Assembly: GCA_049325515.1 (NCBI GenBank)
Contig: JBMOLI010000011.1
Span: 89,022 to 153,021, forward strand
Direction: 5' to 3'
Length of the DNA stretch: 64,000 nucleotides
Source of the DNA: Actinomycetota bacterium
GTDB lineage: Bacteria > Actinomycetota > Acidimicrobiia > Acidimicrobiales > VFJN01
This document shows positions 57,401-64,000 of the stretch, piece by piece. The notes beneath the pieces were generated by a model that saw only the letters and a list, made by a program, of their open reading frames with translations, made no database searches and had not been told where the DNA came from. A program made the translations under genes and the position numbers. Every line of letters begins with the position of its first letter. The stretch's first letter is position 1.

Positions 57401-57770
57401 GCACCCACGCATCGTCTACGTCGACGGGGTGCCCGACGCCGAGACAACCGTCGCAAGGGTCAACGAGATCGTCGGCTCCAACCCGCGGGGTCTCGTGGTG
57501 CTGGGCGGCTGTCGTGCACGCGATGTGACACAGAGGGAGTTCGCGGCCTACGCCCCACTCGTCGCGGTGGATTCCTACGCCATCGTCACGGACACGATCG
57601 TGAACGGGAACCCGGTCTGGACCGGGTTCGGCCCCGGGCCCGCGGAGGCGGTTAAGCAGATCCTGCTCCGCCACGGCGAGTTCTACCCAGATCCCAGCGC
57701 GGAGCAGTGGGCTCTCACCTTCAACCCCGGGGGCTTCCTCAAGCGGAGCCGCTCTGCCTCCCCAGCATGA
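54471..57770 (+). CDS. Four-domain fusion: class I methyltransferase-like / TylF-type O-methyltransferase / GT2 glycosyltransferase / CmcI (cephalosporin-hydroxylase-fold) methyltransferase-like (1099 aa)
   Basis: GTG 54471 after AAGGGGGG.
- Domain 1: VVEIGALRGDTT...ALIDGDHNWY.
- Domain 2 (about 55284-56080): DLIECGTGRGGGAIF...GGFVVIDEY.
- Domain 3 (about 56171-57050): LTVVVVFYNM...VIAVENGS...GEGSFHQVHGG.
- Domain 4 (about 57149-57770): PDWIIETGTADGGRTLF.

The upstream 157 codons of the track ORF overlap the opposite-strand gene and were rejected. Confidence 0.75.
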   Translation: MFPLWEAAIAPVLAATKAKRVVEIGALRGDTTKLMLDFLGPEAELHVIDPAPDFDPTEHERTFAGRYHFHRDLSHNVLPHLEPMDAALIDGDHNWYTVYHELSMLAKVARDAGRPLPVLILHDVCWPYGRRDLYYSPDQIPDEFRQPWARAGMRPDVKGLLPKSGVNPTMCNAEMEGGPRNGVMTALDDFIAEHDRPVRRLLIPIYFGLAIVAEEGVLAERPDLAAALDRIEGQDGQRELLEVAEETRIRALVFQHTSIQASQRKLARTASRYLELLKGSLLNEHYLENEIRLRYLARCLSNDEAVEPDRVRDPVRFQPDVYNRLRRRRRDGLTMPLDGANGFLPYTAMGRTRLDHLEQCLDSIRADGVPGDLIECGTGRGGGAIFLRGYLAAHELPDRKVWVADRFRASPAPAREARVVDESMSDLKADLNLVRDAFERFDLLDDRVRFLQGPIDDTVPKAAVEQIALLRIGPEGGSAAGAVLEALYPKLSVGGFVVIDEYADPSCAAAVTAFRVDHGISAPLEPVDWSAVGWQKTEQVDPVPAHQSLARSASLGLPLAPPPPIDSIDLTVVVVFYNMKREAERTLRSLSRPYQLDLEDVTYEVIAVENGSDDDQKLGADYVASFGPEFRYLDLGDDARPSPAHALNRGIAEGRGKAFALMIDGAHVLTPSVLKFGLAGLKTYEPAIVATQQWYLGPGQQGEAMSDGYDQAYEDRLFKQIGWPEAGYRLFEIGHFVGGRDWLDGVWESNCMFVPRRQLEQVGGFDESFSMPGGGFANLELYERLGSSPDVTVATIIGEGSFHQVHGGVTTNQPEADERRARVFGYGEHFAELRGRRFRGPGKPIHYVGRIASPDARRSRPRRLTGEMFGRGADAPDPDGLPATPLPVTEDLRVGFVEAVWRSLAWNTTTWLGRHLTSAPTDLIAYQQLIASVRPDWIIETGTADGGRTLFLASICELLDHGQVVSIDSGISEGVPLHPRIVYVDGVPDAETTVARVNEIVGSNPRGLVVLGGCRARDVTQREFAAYAPLVAVDSYAIVTDTIVNGNPVWTGFGPGPAEAVKQILLRHGEFYPDPSAEQWALTFNPGGFLKRSRSASPA

Positions 57771-57787
57771 AGGCGGGCTGATCCAGC

Positions 57788-58540
57788 GTGGCTGCCGATC
57801 AGGTGGTCCTTCACATCGGCACGCACAAGACGGGCACGACCTCGCTGCAGCACTTCTTGCATGACCACCCCGACCTATTGGCCGCGGTCGATGCGACGTA
57901 CCCAGCCGGGATGGTGATCGCGGCGTCGCACTCAGAGCTGCCGCTTCTCGCGCTACGAACCGAGCTGACGTGGCCTGCGCGCCTCAGGTTCCCGGAGACC
58001 CAGCAACGAGCCTGGCTCGACGCCGCGCGTGACCATGTCGAGCAGCAGATCGCGAGCTGCCACACCGGCACGATCATCTTCTCCCACGAAGACCTCAGCT
58101 ATGCGCGGTTCGACGAAGAGCTCGACCTGCTCCGGCACCTGCTCGCCGACCTACCGGCGCGTGTGATCCTCAGCCTTCGAGAGCGCTCTGCCTTCTTGCG
58201 CTCATATGGCGATCAGCTCGAGGCAACCGGCTTCGCCCGTAGCACCGATAGGTCGTCCTTTGCCTACGTAGGCGCGGACTCCTGGCTGGCGGACTACGAC
58301 AGCCTGGTAGCTGCCTACCGCCGGCGCTTCGGCGCATCGAGCGTGACGACGATCGACTACGAGGACGAGCTGCGTCGGCACGGATCGGTGATCCCCGCCT
58401 TCGCCGCGCTCCTGGGCCTGGCACCCGCCTCGCTTCCGAAGCTCGACGGCTACTTCCTCAACCGAAGTGGCGTGAACCTGCGGCCGACCGAGGAGCAGCT
58501 GGCCTCGATCCGTCGGATGTTGGCGGAGCAGGCGAGGTGA
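57788..58540 (+). CDS. Sulfotransferase-like P-loop protein
   Basis: 250 aa, GTG start, with VLHIGTHKTGTTSLQ (5'-PSB-like) and ILSLRERSAFLRS (3'-PB-like). Confidence 0.6.
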   Translation: MAADQVVLHIGTHKTGTTSLQHFLHDHPDLLAAVDATYPAGMVIAASHSELPLLALRTELTWPARLRFPETQQRAWLDAARDHVEQQIASCHTGTIIFSHEDLSYARFDEELDLLRHLLADLPARVILSLRERSAFLRSYGDQLEATGFARSTDRSSFAYVGADSWLADYDSLVAAYRRRFGASSVTTIDYEDELRRHGSVIPAFAALLGLAPASLPKLDGYFLNRSGVNLRPTEEQLASIRRMLAEQAR

Positions 58541-59691
58541 GCGGACCGGCGCCTGCGGGGCCAACGCTCAGCTGGACGTTCCTCGCACCCGGCTGCCCCC
58601 GGCCCACAGGGGGCGACATCGCTCGCTTCGAGATCGCCAACGAGCTGAGCCGGCAGGGCCACTCCGTTCGCATCGTTCACCTGCCGACCTCTGAGATGTG
58701 GATCCGGAGTCTGGACGACCTCCCGTGGTTCGCGTTCGACGCAAGTGTGGATCACCTCTTCGGGGACGGCGTCGATCCCGCTGGCATCCCCGACTCAGAC
58801 GTGGTCGTCTACTCGACCAAGCTGCTCGCGACCGCGCTGGCGCCCGAGGTTCGCGTGGCAGGCAGGAGACTCGTCGAAGCGCTTCAGGGGGACGGCGACC
58901 ACACCTGGCTGCCGGTCCTGTTCCTGCAAGGGCACGGGGTGTTCCCCCCTGCAATCGAGGACTTGGCCTTCCGCCTGCGCGGACCCAAGGTCTGCGTCGG
59001 ATCCTGGTTGGCCACGCTCCTGGAGGACATCGGTGTCGAGCGGTCCGACATCGTGCACATCCCGAACGGCATCGATCCCGATGTGTTCCGAGTCCGGCGC
59101 CCCATTGCAGGGCGGGAGCCCCGTGTGGCGATGAACTTCGACCCGTACCCAGCCAAGCAGGGCCGAATCGGCCTGACCGCACTCGAGCTCGCCTGGCGCC
59201 AGCACGGGATCCCAGCATGGGTCTTCGGCACGATCCCGCTCGAGCGCGAGGTCGAACCGGGTCTGGCCTTCACCCTGGCGCCAAGCCAAGCCTGGCTCAG
59301 CGAGCACGTCTACAACGAGGCGTCGGTCTTCCTGCAGCCGAGCAGGCAGGAAGGCTTTGGACTCTGCGCAGTCGAGGCGATGGCGTGCGGGTGCGCCCTG
59401 GTGACGACTTCGAACGGCGGGTCCGACGACTACGCCTTCCACGGCGAGACCGCCATCGTCTGTGGCGGGTCGGCAGAGGAGATGGCCGAGGCTGTCAACC
59501 AGCTGGTGCTCGACGCTGCGCTTCGCGTACGAGTCGCCACCGCAGGAGCTCGTCATGTCGAGCGCTTCCGTTGGCGCGACAGCGCAGCTCGCTTGGCGCT
59601 CCTGGGAGTCGAGCGGGTCAACGTCGCTGGCGGCGGCTGTACGACCCCCCGAGTCGACCTCGACCGGGTGCTCAGCGACCTGGCGTCGTAG
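58537..59691 (+). CDS. Glycosyltransferase family 4 (GT-B)
   Basis: 384 aa, GTGA overlap. E-x7-E region SRQEGFGLCAVEAMACGCALVTT. Confidence 0.8.
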   Translation: MSGPAPAGPTLSWTFLAPGCPRPTGGDIARFEIANELSRQGHSVRIVHLPTSEMWIRSLDDLPWFAFDASVDHLFGDGVDPAGIPDSDVVVYSTKLLATALAPEVRVAGRRLVEALQGDGDHTWLPVLFLQGHGVFPPAIEDLAFRLRGPKVCVGSWLATLLEDIGVERSDIVHIPNGIDPDVFRVRRPIAGREPRVAMNFDPYPAKQGRIGLTALELAWRQHGIPAWVFGTIPLEREVEPGLAFTLAPSQAWLSEHVYNEASVFLQPSRQEGFGLCAVEAMACGCALVTTSNGGSDDYAFHGETAIVCGGSAEEMAEAVNQLVLDAALRVRVATAGARHVERFRWRDSAARLALLGVERVNVAGGGCTTPRVDLDRVLSDLAS

Positions 59692-59692
59692 C

Positions 59693-60730
59693 TCAGTAGA
59701 GGATCGGGATCTGACCCACGGGCCACGCCGACGGAGCGAAGAACCACGACTCGATGGCGTGGCGCTGCTGCGTCATCTCCGGCGAGGTCGCAGTCCTGTG
59801 CACCAACAGGTGATCGAACAGAAGCGCATCGCCGGGCCTGAACTCGGGACGCACGATGGGCGCTCCATCTGCTGCGGCGTTGACGGCGGCATCTGAGAGC
59901 GACCAGTCGAAGCGCGCCTCCTCATCGCTCGGGAGCACGCGCTCGACGCGCTTCGGGACGATGTCGAGCCCGGGCGCATCCCTTCCGCAGTGGCTCAGCG
60001 AGAGCCAGAGGTTGAACGCCCCGATGTCGTTGCCCAGGAAGGAGCCGTCCTGATGCCACCCGCCCATCACGACCAGATCGGGCGGCACTCTGCGCAGCGT
60101 GCACTTGTGAGCCGACAGGAACGGCCTCTCGCCCAGGAACTCGGTCATCAGCGCTCCGATGCCGACCGCATCGACCGTCTCGAACAGCTCGAACAGCATG
60201 TGAGGGGAGTCTGCGGTCCACATGCCCCCGCGCTCCCTGAGGAAGCGACGATTGGCGTCCTCGGGGAGTCCGCCACTCACTCGGTCGGGCATCGACCCTG
60301 GGCTGTACCAGCCGGGGTCGACTTCCTCGCCGGTCGCCGCCGCGTCGCCGGCCGCCAACGCTGTGTCGATGCCAACGGCCAGCGACTCGGCTCTGTGAGG
60401 CGGAACGAGCCCCCGCACGAGGACACAGCCGCTCCGGGCGAGACCACTCCTGACACTCCTCGCGCTCAGCTCGCCTGCGTCGATCTCGAAGACGCAGTCG
60501 TCTCCGGGCTCGGCGCTGATCCGAGGCCGCGCACCCGGCGTCGTTCCCACGCGCGATGCAGCAGCTCCGCGCCTCAAGCGCACGAGCTCGACCTCGAGCT
60601 CTGCACGACGCTGTGCACGATTCGCCTGCGAGAGGACGTCGATGGCAGATCGAACCTCGCCGCTCGACGCGAGCACCCGCGCCTCTTCGATCGTCGCGAC
60701 GAGCTCGGCGCCCATCGTTGTGTCCGCCAT
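59693..60730 (-). CDS. PhyH-family Fe(II)/2-oxoglutarate dioxygenase, paralog 2
   Basis: 345 aa from ATG 60728-60730 (GGGAGG 6 nt upstream). GGWHQDGSF and LFDHLLVHRT. Collinear with the 27259-28350 product over its full length, including the final WFFAPSA(W/Y)P.GQ(I/M)PI(L/V)Y. Confidence 0.7.
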   Translation of the reverse strand: MADTTMGAELVATIEEARVLASSGEVRSAIDVLSQANRAQRRAELEVELVRLRRGAAASRVGTTPGARPRISAEPGDDCVFEIDAGELSARSVRSGLARSGCVLVRGLVPPHRAESLAVGIDTALAAGDAAATGEEVDPGWYSPGSMPDRVSGGLPEDANRRFLRERGGMWTADSPHMLFELFETVDAVGIGALMTEFLGERPFLSAHKCTLRRVPPDLVVMGGWHQDGSFLGNDIGAFNLWLSLSHCGRDAPGLDIVPKRVERVLPSDEEARFDWSLSDAAVNAAADGAPIVRPEFRPGDALLFDHLLVHRTATSPEMTQQRHAIESWFFAPSAWPVGQIPILY

Positions 60731-60832
60731 CCGCCACCTCCCGCCGCGAAACGCTACAGCCAGCACCGCCCCGCCCGCGGCTCGTCTCGGCGCCGATTCC
60801 GACCTGTGCTCAGGCCGTTAGAGTCGGATCCG

Positions 60833-62500
60833 ATGCGGGCCGGCGTTTCACCTGGTGACGGGCCGCGATCGCTCCAAGGCAGCCGCCGAGCCCAGGCTGG
60901 AGGGTCTCCGATCGTCGTCTGGGCTCTCGCGGCGGTCGCGGTGACGCTGGCGACGGCAGCCTCGTGGAGGGGCCCGGGGCTTACGACGGATTCCGTGGGA
61001 TACCTCTCCACAGGGGTGAACATCGCTCAGGCCGACGGGCTGATCATGCTCTCTGATCAGCCCCTGACCATCTTCCCCCCGGGTGTGCCGCTGATCGCAG
61101 CAGCGGGGCACGCTTCTGGGCTCGGGGCGGAGGCCGCACTCCGAATCACGTCGATTGCGTCGTTCGGGGCGATCGTGCTGCTCGGTGCGCGGCTCTTGCG
61201 GCGAGTCACTCCGCACGCCGCAGTGCGCCTCGGTGCAACCGCGCTCCTCGCTGTCTCACCAGCGCTCCTCGGGGTCTCGAAGATGGCTTGGTCGGAGCCA
61301 CCCTTCATCGTCGTGACGATCGCCTTTCTCATGGCGCTCGCCAGAGCTTCGGATCGGCGCGACCTCACCTGGCGCGATGTTGCCGTGCTCACCTCCCTGT
61401 GCTGGATCGCCTTCATGCTGCGCTACGTCGGGATGGCGTTGACAGCTGTGGCCGGGCTCGCGCTGCTCGCCTCTGTTCGGCCACTGGGGCTGCGGGCACT
61501 GGCGCGCATCGCGGCCTTCGGGTTGCTGAGCGCGTCGGCTCCCATCGCGTGGATGCTGCGCAACCACGCCGCCGACGGGACGTTCCTGGGGCATCGGTCA
61601 CCCTCACAGGACTCCGTCAGGGACGTCGCCGTTCGAACCGCAGCCACGCTCGGCGAGTGGTTGGTGCCCGCACCAGCGCTGTCGACCCGAACTCTGGCGG
61701 TGATCGGCTCCGCCGGCGCGGGCGTGGTGCTAGCCGGGTTGGCCGTGGCCGTGTGGCGGCCTGCAGGCCAGAGCTCCGAAGCGGGCACAGGATCTCCTGA
61801 TCCCGCCAGTCCAACCCTGACCCTCACCCTTTGCTGTGCCCTGTTCTGCACCGTGTACATCGGCTATCTCAGCGTTGCGTCGCTGAGCACCTCGTTCGAA
61901 CCGACCAACTCGCGCTACCTGTCCCCGGCCTTCTTGCCAGCAGTAGCGGTGGCGGCAGTGGGCGCGACCGCCCTGCTGAGGCTCAGGCCGTCAGCGGCGG
62001 CGCACCGGTTGCTGCTCGCAGCGCTCGTGATCCTCCTGGCGAGCCAGACCGGCGCCTCCTTGCGGGATGCTCGCGACGGAGCCGCCGATGGGATCGGGTT
62101 CAACTCGCTCGGCTGGCGGCGCTCGGCGCTCTCCGAGGTCGCTTCAGGCATCATCGAGAGCGCGGACCACCCGGTCGTCTACAGCAACAGCCCGAGCGGG
62201 CTGTGGGCGGGCACGAGGATCCAGCCTGTCCACTGGGCCCCTCGTGACACTGGGTTTCGTGGAGTGCCGACCCCGCGTGAGCTGGACGAGTTCGTCGAGA
62301 AGGTGGGCTGCGCGACTGGGGACTCCTACTTGGTCATCCACCTATTCGGTGACCGCCGAGTGGTGAGCCTCGACCGGATCAGGTCGGTCGTAGACGTCGA
62401 AAGGGTCGGTGCCGCTCCAGATGGTGCGGTCTTCCGCGTCTCGGCGCCCGCGCCAGCGCGCTGCCCCGACGAGCTTCCCGCTCGGGTGCGACGCACATGA
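60833..62500 (+). CDS. GT-C-fold membrane glycosyltransferase (ArnT/PMT/GT39-83-like)
   Basis: 555 aa from ATG 60833. About 11 hydrophobic helices followed by a soluble C-terminal domain. An early loop reads TTDSVGYLS. The call rests on topology plus the adjacent GtrB-like gene. Confidence 0.55.
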   Translation: MRAGVSPGDGPRSLQGSRRAQAGGSPIVVWALAAVAVTLATAASWRGPGLTTDSVGYLSTGVNIAQADGLIMLSDQPLTIFPPGVPLIAAAGHASGLGAEAALRITSIASFGAIVLLGARLLRRVTPHAAVRLGATALLAVSPALLGVSKMAWSEPPFIVVTIAFLMALARASDRRDLTWRDVAVLTSLCWIAFMLRYVGMALTAVAGLALLASVRPLGLRALARIAAFGLLSASAPIAWMLRNHAADGTFLGHRSPSQDSVRDVAVRTAATLGEWLVPAPALSTRTLAVIGSAGAGVVLAGLAVAVWRPAGQSSEAGTGSPDPASPTLTLTLCCALFCTVYIGYLSVASLSTSFEPTNSRYLSPAFLPAVAVAAVGATALLRLRPSAAAHRLLLAALVILLASQTGASLRDARDGAADGIGFNSLGWRRSALSEVASGIIESADHPVVYSNSPSGLWAGTRIQPVHWAPRDTGFRGVPTPRELDEFVEKVGCATGDSYLVIHLFGDRRVVSLDRIRSVVDVERVGAAPDGAVFRVSAPAPARCPDELPARVRRT

Positions 62501-62654
62501 ACGACAGCCGACCGCGCGCAGCAGCAGAGCTCGTCTCTGTCGTGTCCGTAGTGTCCGTCAACGATCCGTTTCGAGTGGATCGCGCTCGGTAATAGGAGCG
62601 CGCCAGGCCTTCTGCCCCATCTCCTGCAGCGGTGCTGCTCCGTAGGATGCACTC

Positions 62655-63797
62655 GTGCCTGAGCACGTGGCCGAGCAACAGGTCCTCTCGGACCTTGCTG
62701 GGCAGGGAGGGGAGATGCGGGAGGTCGCGTCGTCGCTCGCTGCCGGCGCTGTGCTGCGCGGGCGCATGTCGCCGGAGGCCGCAGCGCAGCTGAGCAGCTA
62801 CACAGCCGAGGAGCTTCGCGCCGTGTCAGGACGGCGTGGGCCCTTGACCTCCGGTGCGCCGGTGCTCGTGAGCATCGTCGTCCCAGCTCTGAACGAAGAG
62901 GAGAACCTGGACTCGCTCTGGAAGCGGTTGGCTCCTGTGCTCGATTCACTCGAGGGTGGGGGCGAGCTCGTCATCGTGGACGACGGGAGCTCCGACGGCA
63001 CATGGCACGAGATCGTGCGCCTCTCGTCCGACGACTGCCGGGTCCGAGGGGTCAGGTTGTCGCGCAACTTCGGGCACCAGGCCGCCCTTTCGGCGGGGAT
63101 GTCGCATGCCCGGGGACGCACCGTCTGCTTCATGGACGCAGACCTCCAGGACCCACCCGAGCTGCTGGGCGAGCTTCTCGACCAGTGGCGTGCAGGCCAC
63201 GAGGTCGTCTACGCGATCCGGCGATCGCGTCAAGAGGGCCTCCCGAAGCGCGCGGCCTACCGCTCCTTCTACCGGCTCTACCGACGGCTCGCGAACATCG
63301 ATGTACCAGTCGACAGCGGCGACTTCGCGCTGCTCGACAGGCGCGTCGTGGATGACATCCTTGCCCTACCCGAGCACAACCGGTTCCTGCGCGGGCTGCG
63401 CAGCTGGGTCGGCTATCGCCAGATCGGCGTCGAGTACGACCGCGACGCCCGCAACGCCGGAGAGCCGAAGTACACGACACGCCGGCTGTTCCGCTTGGCC
63501 CTCGACGGCCTCCTCTCGTTCTCCGCAGCTCCCTTGCGGCTTGCCTCGTACCTGGGGATCGTCGTCGCCGTCGCGGGTGGCATCTACATCGGAGTCGCCA
63601 TCGTCTACAGGCTCTTCCTCGGCGGCGTACCGGAGGGCTGGACCTCCATCATCGCGGTCGTCCTCGCAGTGGGCGGCATGCAGCTCATCGTCGTCGGAGT
63701 GCTGGGCGAATACGTCGCTCGCGTCTACGACGAATCGAAGGGTCGGCCCAACTACCTCGTCTCAGAGACGACGGGATCGGGTGCTGGGGTGCGCTAG
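62655..63797 (+). CDS. Polyprenyl-phosphate glycosyltransferase (GT2, GtrB/ArnC/DPM1-like)
   Basis: VSIVVPALNEEENL, VIVDDGSSDGT, FMDADLQDPPE and two C-terminal TM helices. Start uncertain: GTG 62655, or ATG 62766. Confidence 0.85.
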   Translation: MPEHVAEQQVLSDLAGQGGEMREVASSLAAGAVLRGRMSPEAAAQLSSYTAEELRAVSGRRGPLTSGAPVLVSIVVPALNEEENLDSLWKRLAPVLDSLEGGGELVIVDDGSSDGTWHEIVRLSSDDCRVRGVRLSRNFGHQAALSAGMSHARGRTVCFMDADLQDPPELLGELLDQWRAGHEVVYAIRRSRQEGLPKRAAYRSFYRLYRRLANIDVPVDSGDFALLDRRVVDDILALPEHNRFLRGLRSWVGYRQIGVEYDRDARNAGEPKYTTRRLFRLALDGLLSFSAAPLRLASYLGIVVAVAGGIYIGVAIVYRLFLGGVPEGWTSIIAVVLAVGGMQLIVVGVLGEYVARVYDESKGRPNYLVSETTGSGAGVR

Positions 63798-63800
63798 CCG

Positions 63801-64000
63801 ATGGAGCTCTCCCTGTACCACGACCATGCTCGCCTCGAGCAGAGCCACTGGTGGTTCGTCGCGCGCCGAGCGATCATCGGCGAAGTCCTGACCCGGCACC
63901 TGCCGGACGCACCCGACCGGCGCATCCTCGATGCCGGCTGTGGCACCGGAGGGATGCTCCCGATGCTCTCGCGCCTTGGACACGTCGAGGGTCTCGAGGC
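63801..64000 (+). CDS. Class I SAM-dependent methyltransferase, 5' part (runs off window)
   Basis: My own translation from ATG 63801: MELSLYHDHARLEQSHWWFVARRAIIGEVLTRHLPDAPDRRILDAGCGTGGMLPMLSRLGHVEGLE. Motif I is ILDAGCGTGG. Absent from the ORF track because the frame is open-ended. Confidence 0.7.
   Translation, partial: MELSLYHDHARLEQSHWWFVARRAIIGEVLTRHLPDAPDRRILDAGCGTGGMLPMLSRLGHVEGLE

Noticed and set aside
59990-60832. N-terminal 281 codons of track ORF 59990..62500
   Set aside because: They overlap the well-supported opposite-strand PhyH gene and lack protein-like sequence. The membrane GT begins at ATG 60833. The same logic removed the 5' extensions of ORFs 54000..57770 (start moved to 54471), 44651..46087 (45212), 40204..41505 (40411), 22876..24612 (23050), 20023 (19861) and 22930 (22783).
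19325-64000. The glycan locus as a horizontally acquired or mobile genomic island
   Set aside because: I saw no integrase, transposase, flanking tRNA or bounding direct repeats. By eye the GC content and codon style match the housekeeping block. Composition was not computed, so this remains untested rather than disproved.

Overview
High-GC, actinobacterial-type chromosome segment in two parts.

(1) 1-18.9 kb is a conserved housekeeping block, almost entirely on the minus strand. Gene order matches the well-known actinobacterial/mycobacterial groEL-to-infA region: dus (partial), groEL-groES with tandem CIRCE operators, tsaD-rimI-tsaB-tsaE, alr, nnr, acpS, an unusually long GlmS-like amidotransferase, glmM, rpsI-rplM, truA, and rplQ-rpoA-rpsD-rpsK-rpsM-rpmJ-infA.

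(2) 19.3-64 kb is a roughly 45-kb cell-envelope glycan locus that runs off the window. It holds:
- surface proteins: an LAxTG-sorted protein, a DUF4012 protein, a PASTA protein, a secreted repeat protein and a 14-Asp-box propeller protein
- a WecA-like initiating transferase and at least 10 glycosyltransferase domains
- at least 6 methyltransferase domains
- two PhyH-type dioxygenases, a CE4 deacetylase and GNAT acetyltransferases
- Wzy-like and Wzz-like proteins
- a Wzm/Wzt-type ABC exporter
- a GtrB-like/GT-C pair
- seven sulfotransferase-fold genes or domains

The most interesting candidate system is this sulfotransferase-dense locus. Its centrepiece is a 1271-aa sulfotransferase / coiled-coil / GT / GT fusion next to the ABC exporter, which I read as a possible polymerase with a built-in ruler and a sulfate cap.

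Many start codons were reassigned from the ORF track using stop/start overlaps (ATGA, GTGA, TAGTG), Shine-Dalgarno motifs and family N-termini. The track treats GTG and TTG as M. I recognised no rRNA, tRNA, CRISPR array, transposase or integrase. All function calls come from motif and family recognition by eye; no database search was run.
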